Below are positions 15,881-17,292 of a DNA stretch of 17,292 nt, in pieces (position 1 is the stretch's first letter; each line of letters begins with the position of its first letter). Both the position numbers and the translations under genes were made by a program. Source of the stretch: Armatimonadia bacterium (GTDB lineage: Bacteria > Armatimonadota > Zipacnadia > Zipacnadales > UBA11051); assembly GCA_039683575.1 (NCBI GenBank), contig JBDKRC010000219.1:1-17292 (forward strand), in the 5' to 3' direction. The notes under the pieces were generated by a model. The model ran no database searches. It saw only the letters and a program-made list of their open reading frames with translations, and was not told where the DNA came from.

Positions 15881-17292
15881 ATGCCGGTGCTTCGCGTTTG
15901 GTTATGTTTGTGCGCGGTCGCGGCGCTGACCGCGGGCGTGGCCGGGGCGGCCACGATCAACGTACCCGCCGATCACGCGACCATTCAGGCGGCGATAGAG
16001 GCTGCAAGCAGCGGCGATGAAGTCGTGGTGGCGACCGGGACGTACAACGAGCGGATCAACTTCAACGGCAAGGCAATCACGGTTCGCAGCACCGACCCGA
16101 CCAATCCGGCGGTGGTCGCGGCGACGATCATCAATGGGGGCAACGGGGGGCCGGTGGTGAGGATGGGCAGCGGCGAGACGGCTACCTCGGTGCTCAGCGG
16201 CCTGACCATCACTGGCGGGTCCTACGGCGGCATAATGTGCTACTACGGCGCCTCCCCAACCGTCACCTACAATGTCATAACCGGCAACAGGACCCCGGAC
16301 TACGCCTATGGCGGCGGCATGTCGGTTTCTGGCGACGGCGCTTCGCCAATCATCACCAACAACACCTTCAGCAACAATAGTTGCGCCATGCTGGGAAAGG
16401 GCGGTGGACTATGCTGCTCCACTACGGGGTCGCCGTACATCGCCAGTAATCTCTTCACCGGCAACACAGCAGAAACCGGCGGTGCGGCGGCTCTCATGTG
16501 CCCGGCGATGTTCGCCAATAACACCGTCCGCGACAACGAGGCGACCACCTATGGGGCCGGCGTCTACTGCGATTCGCGCACAGTCACCCTCGTGGGCAAC
16601 ACGATCACCGGCAACGCCTCGTACTCTGGGGCCGGGGTGGCTTGCTTCAACAAGGGGATGGTCATCACCGGCAATCTCATCAGTGGCAACACGGCCACTT
16701 ACGGCGACGCCGGCGGCCTGCTCCTGGTCGGCTCACCGTCCATCGTCAGTGGCAACGTCATCAGCAACAACTCCGCCACGGCGACAGGCGGCGGAGTGCT
16801 CTGCGAGTACAACTCGCCGAGCTTCATCAACAACACCATCAGCGGCAACACCGCCAGACGCGGCGGGGGGCTGTACTGCTACCGAAGCACCTGGGTTACC
16901 CTCAGCAACACCATCATCGCCTTCAACGGCGCCACCGGGTTGGAAATCGATACGGCGTGGGCCCCCGTCCCATCCTCTGTCACCCTCAGCTACTGCAACG
17001 TATACGGCCACACCACGAACTTCGTGAACTTCGCCAGCGACCCGACCAGCACGAACGGCAACGTGTCGGTAGACCCGCTCTTTGCCAACGCGGCGGGTGG
17101 GGACTTTCGGCTCAGATCGCAGTATGGGCGGTGGGACGGTATGGCGTGGGTGCTGGATGGGGAGACCAGCCCCTGTCTTGACGCGGGCGACCCCGTCTCT
17201 GACTATGCCAGCGAACCGCAGCCCAACGGCGGGCGGGTGAACGTTGGCTATGACGGCAACACGGCGTATGCCTCCAAGTCAGCCGACCGTCC
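15881..17292 (+). CDS. Partial secreted right-handed parallel beta-helix repeat protein (3'-truncated)
   Basis: Frame open to the window end, so missing from the ORF track. Signal peptide MPVLRVWLCLCAVAALTAGVAGA|A, cap TINVPADHATIQAAI...GDEVVVATGTYNE, repeated GGG-hydrophobic-x-C / NxI(S/T)GN units, then NGNVSVDPLF...DFRL...SPCLDAGDP...EPQPNGGRVNVG module. Confidence 0.9.
   Translation, partial: MPVLRVWLCLCAVAALTAGVAGAATINVPADHATIQAAIEAASSGDEVVVATGTYNERINFNGKAITVRSTDPTNPAVVAATIINGGNGGPVVRMGSGETATSVLSGLTITGGSYGGIMCYYGASPTVTYNVITGNRTPDYAYGGGMSVSGDGASPIITNNTFSNNSCAMLGKGGGLCCSTTGSPYIASNLFTGNTAETGGAAALMCPAMFANNTVRDNEATTYGAGVYCDSRTVTLVGNTITGNASYSGAGVACFNKGMVITGNLISGNTATYGDAGGLLLVGSPSIVSGNVISNNSATATGGGVLCEYNSPSFINNTISGNTARRGGGLYCYRSTWVTLSNTIIAFNGATGLEIDTAWAPVPSSVTLSYCNVYGHTTNFVNFASDPTSTNGNVSVDPLFANAAGGDFRLRSQYGRWDGMAWVLDGETSPCLDAGDPVSDYASEPQPNGGRVNVGYDGNTAYASKSADR

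Noticed and set aside
16308..17181. Plus-strand ORFs 16308-17027 and 16642-17181 from the ORF track
   Set aside because: Alternative frames of the real beta-helix gene starting at 15881.

Overview
High-GC bacterial chromosomal segment, mostly housekeeping genes. It opens with a truncated minus-strand gene carrying a DUF7662-like N-terminus (not in the ORF track), divergent from a near-consensus sigma70 promoter. That promoter drives five genes with overlapping stop/start codons: recJ, a sugar-phosphate nucleotidyltransferase, a class-V aminotransferase, serA and surE. Next come a PflX-type radical SAM gene, a coiled-coil hypothetical gene and pyrG, which has a structured leader with a hairpin and T10 run. 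A lower-GC type IV AbiE toxin-antitoxin pair with a perfect 19-bp inverted-repeat operator sits between pyrG and pcrA/uvrD. After a bidirectional terminator lies a convergent, divergent-sequence transaldolase-family gene with a ~115-aa N-terminal extension, then a secreted beta-helix protein running off the right end (also not in the ORF track). Main leads: (1) the AbiE cassette looks inserted into a pyrG-pcrA junction, with 5-bp direct repeats, leaving pcrA 10 bp behind the toxin; (2) SurE may act as the phosphoserine phosphatase of a serine-biosynthesis module; (3) a candidate pyrimidine-sensing attenuator precedes pyrG; (4) the transaldolase-like enzyme has non-canonical catalytic residues; (5) REP-like palindromes occur in consecutive spacers. 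No rRNA, tRNA, CRISPR array or transposase was seen. All assignments come from motif recognition by eye; no searches were run.
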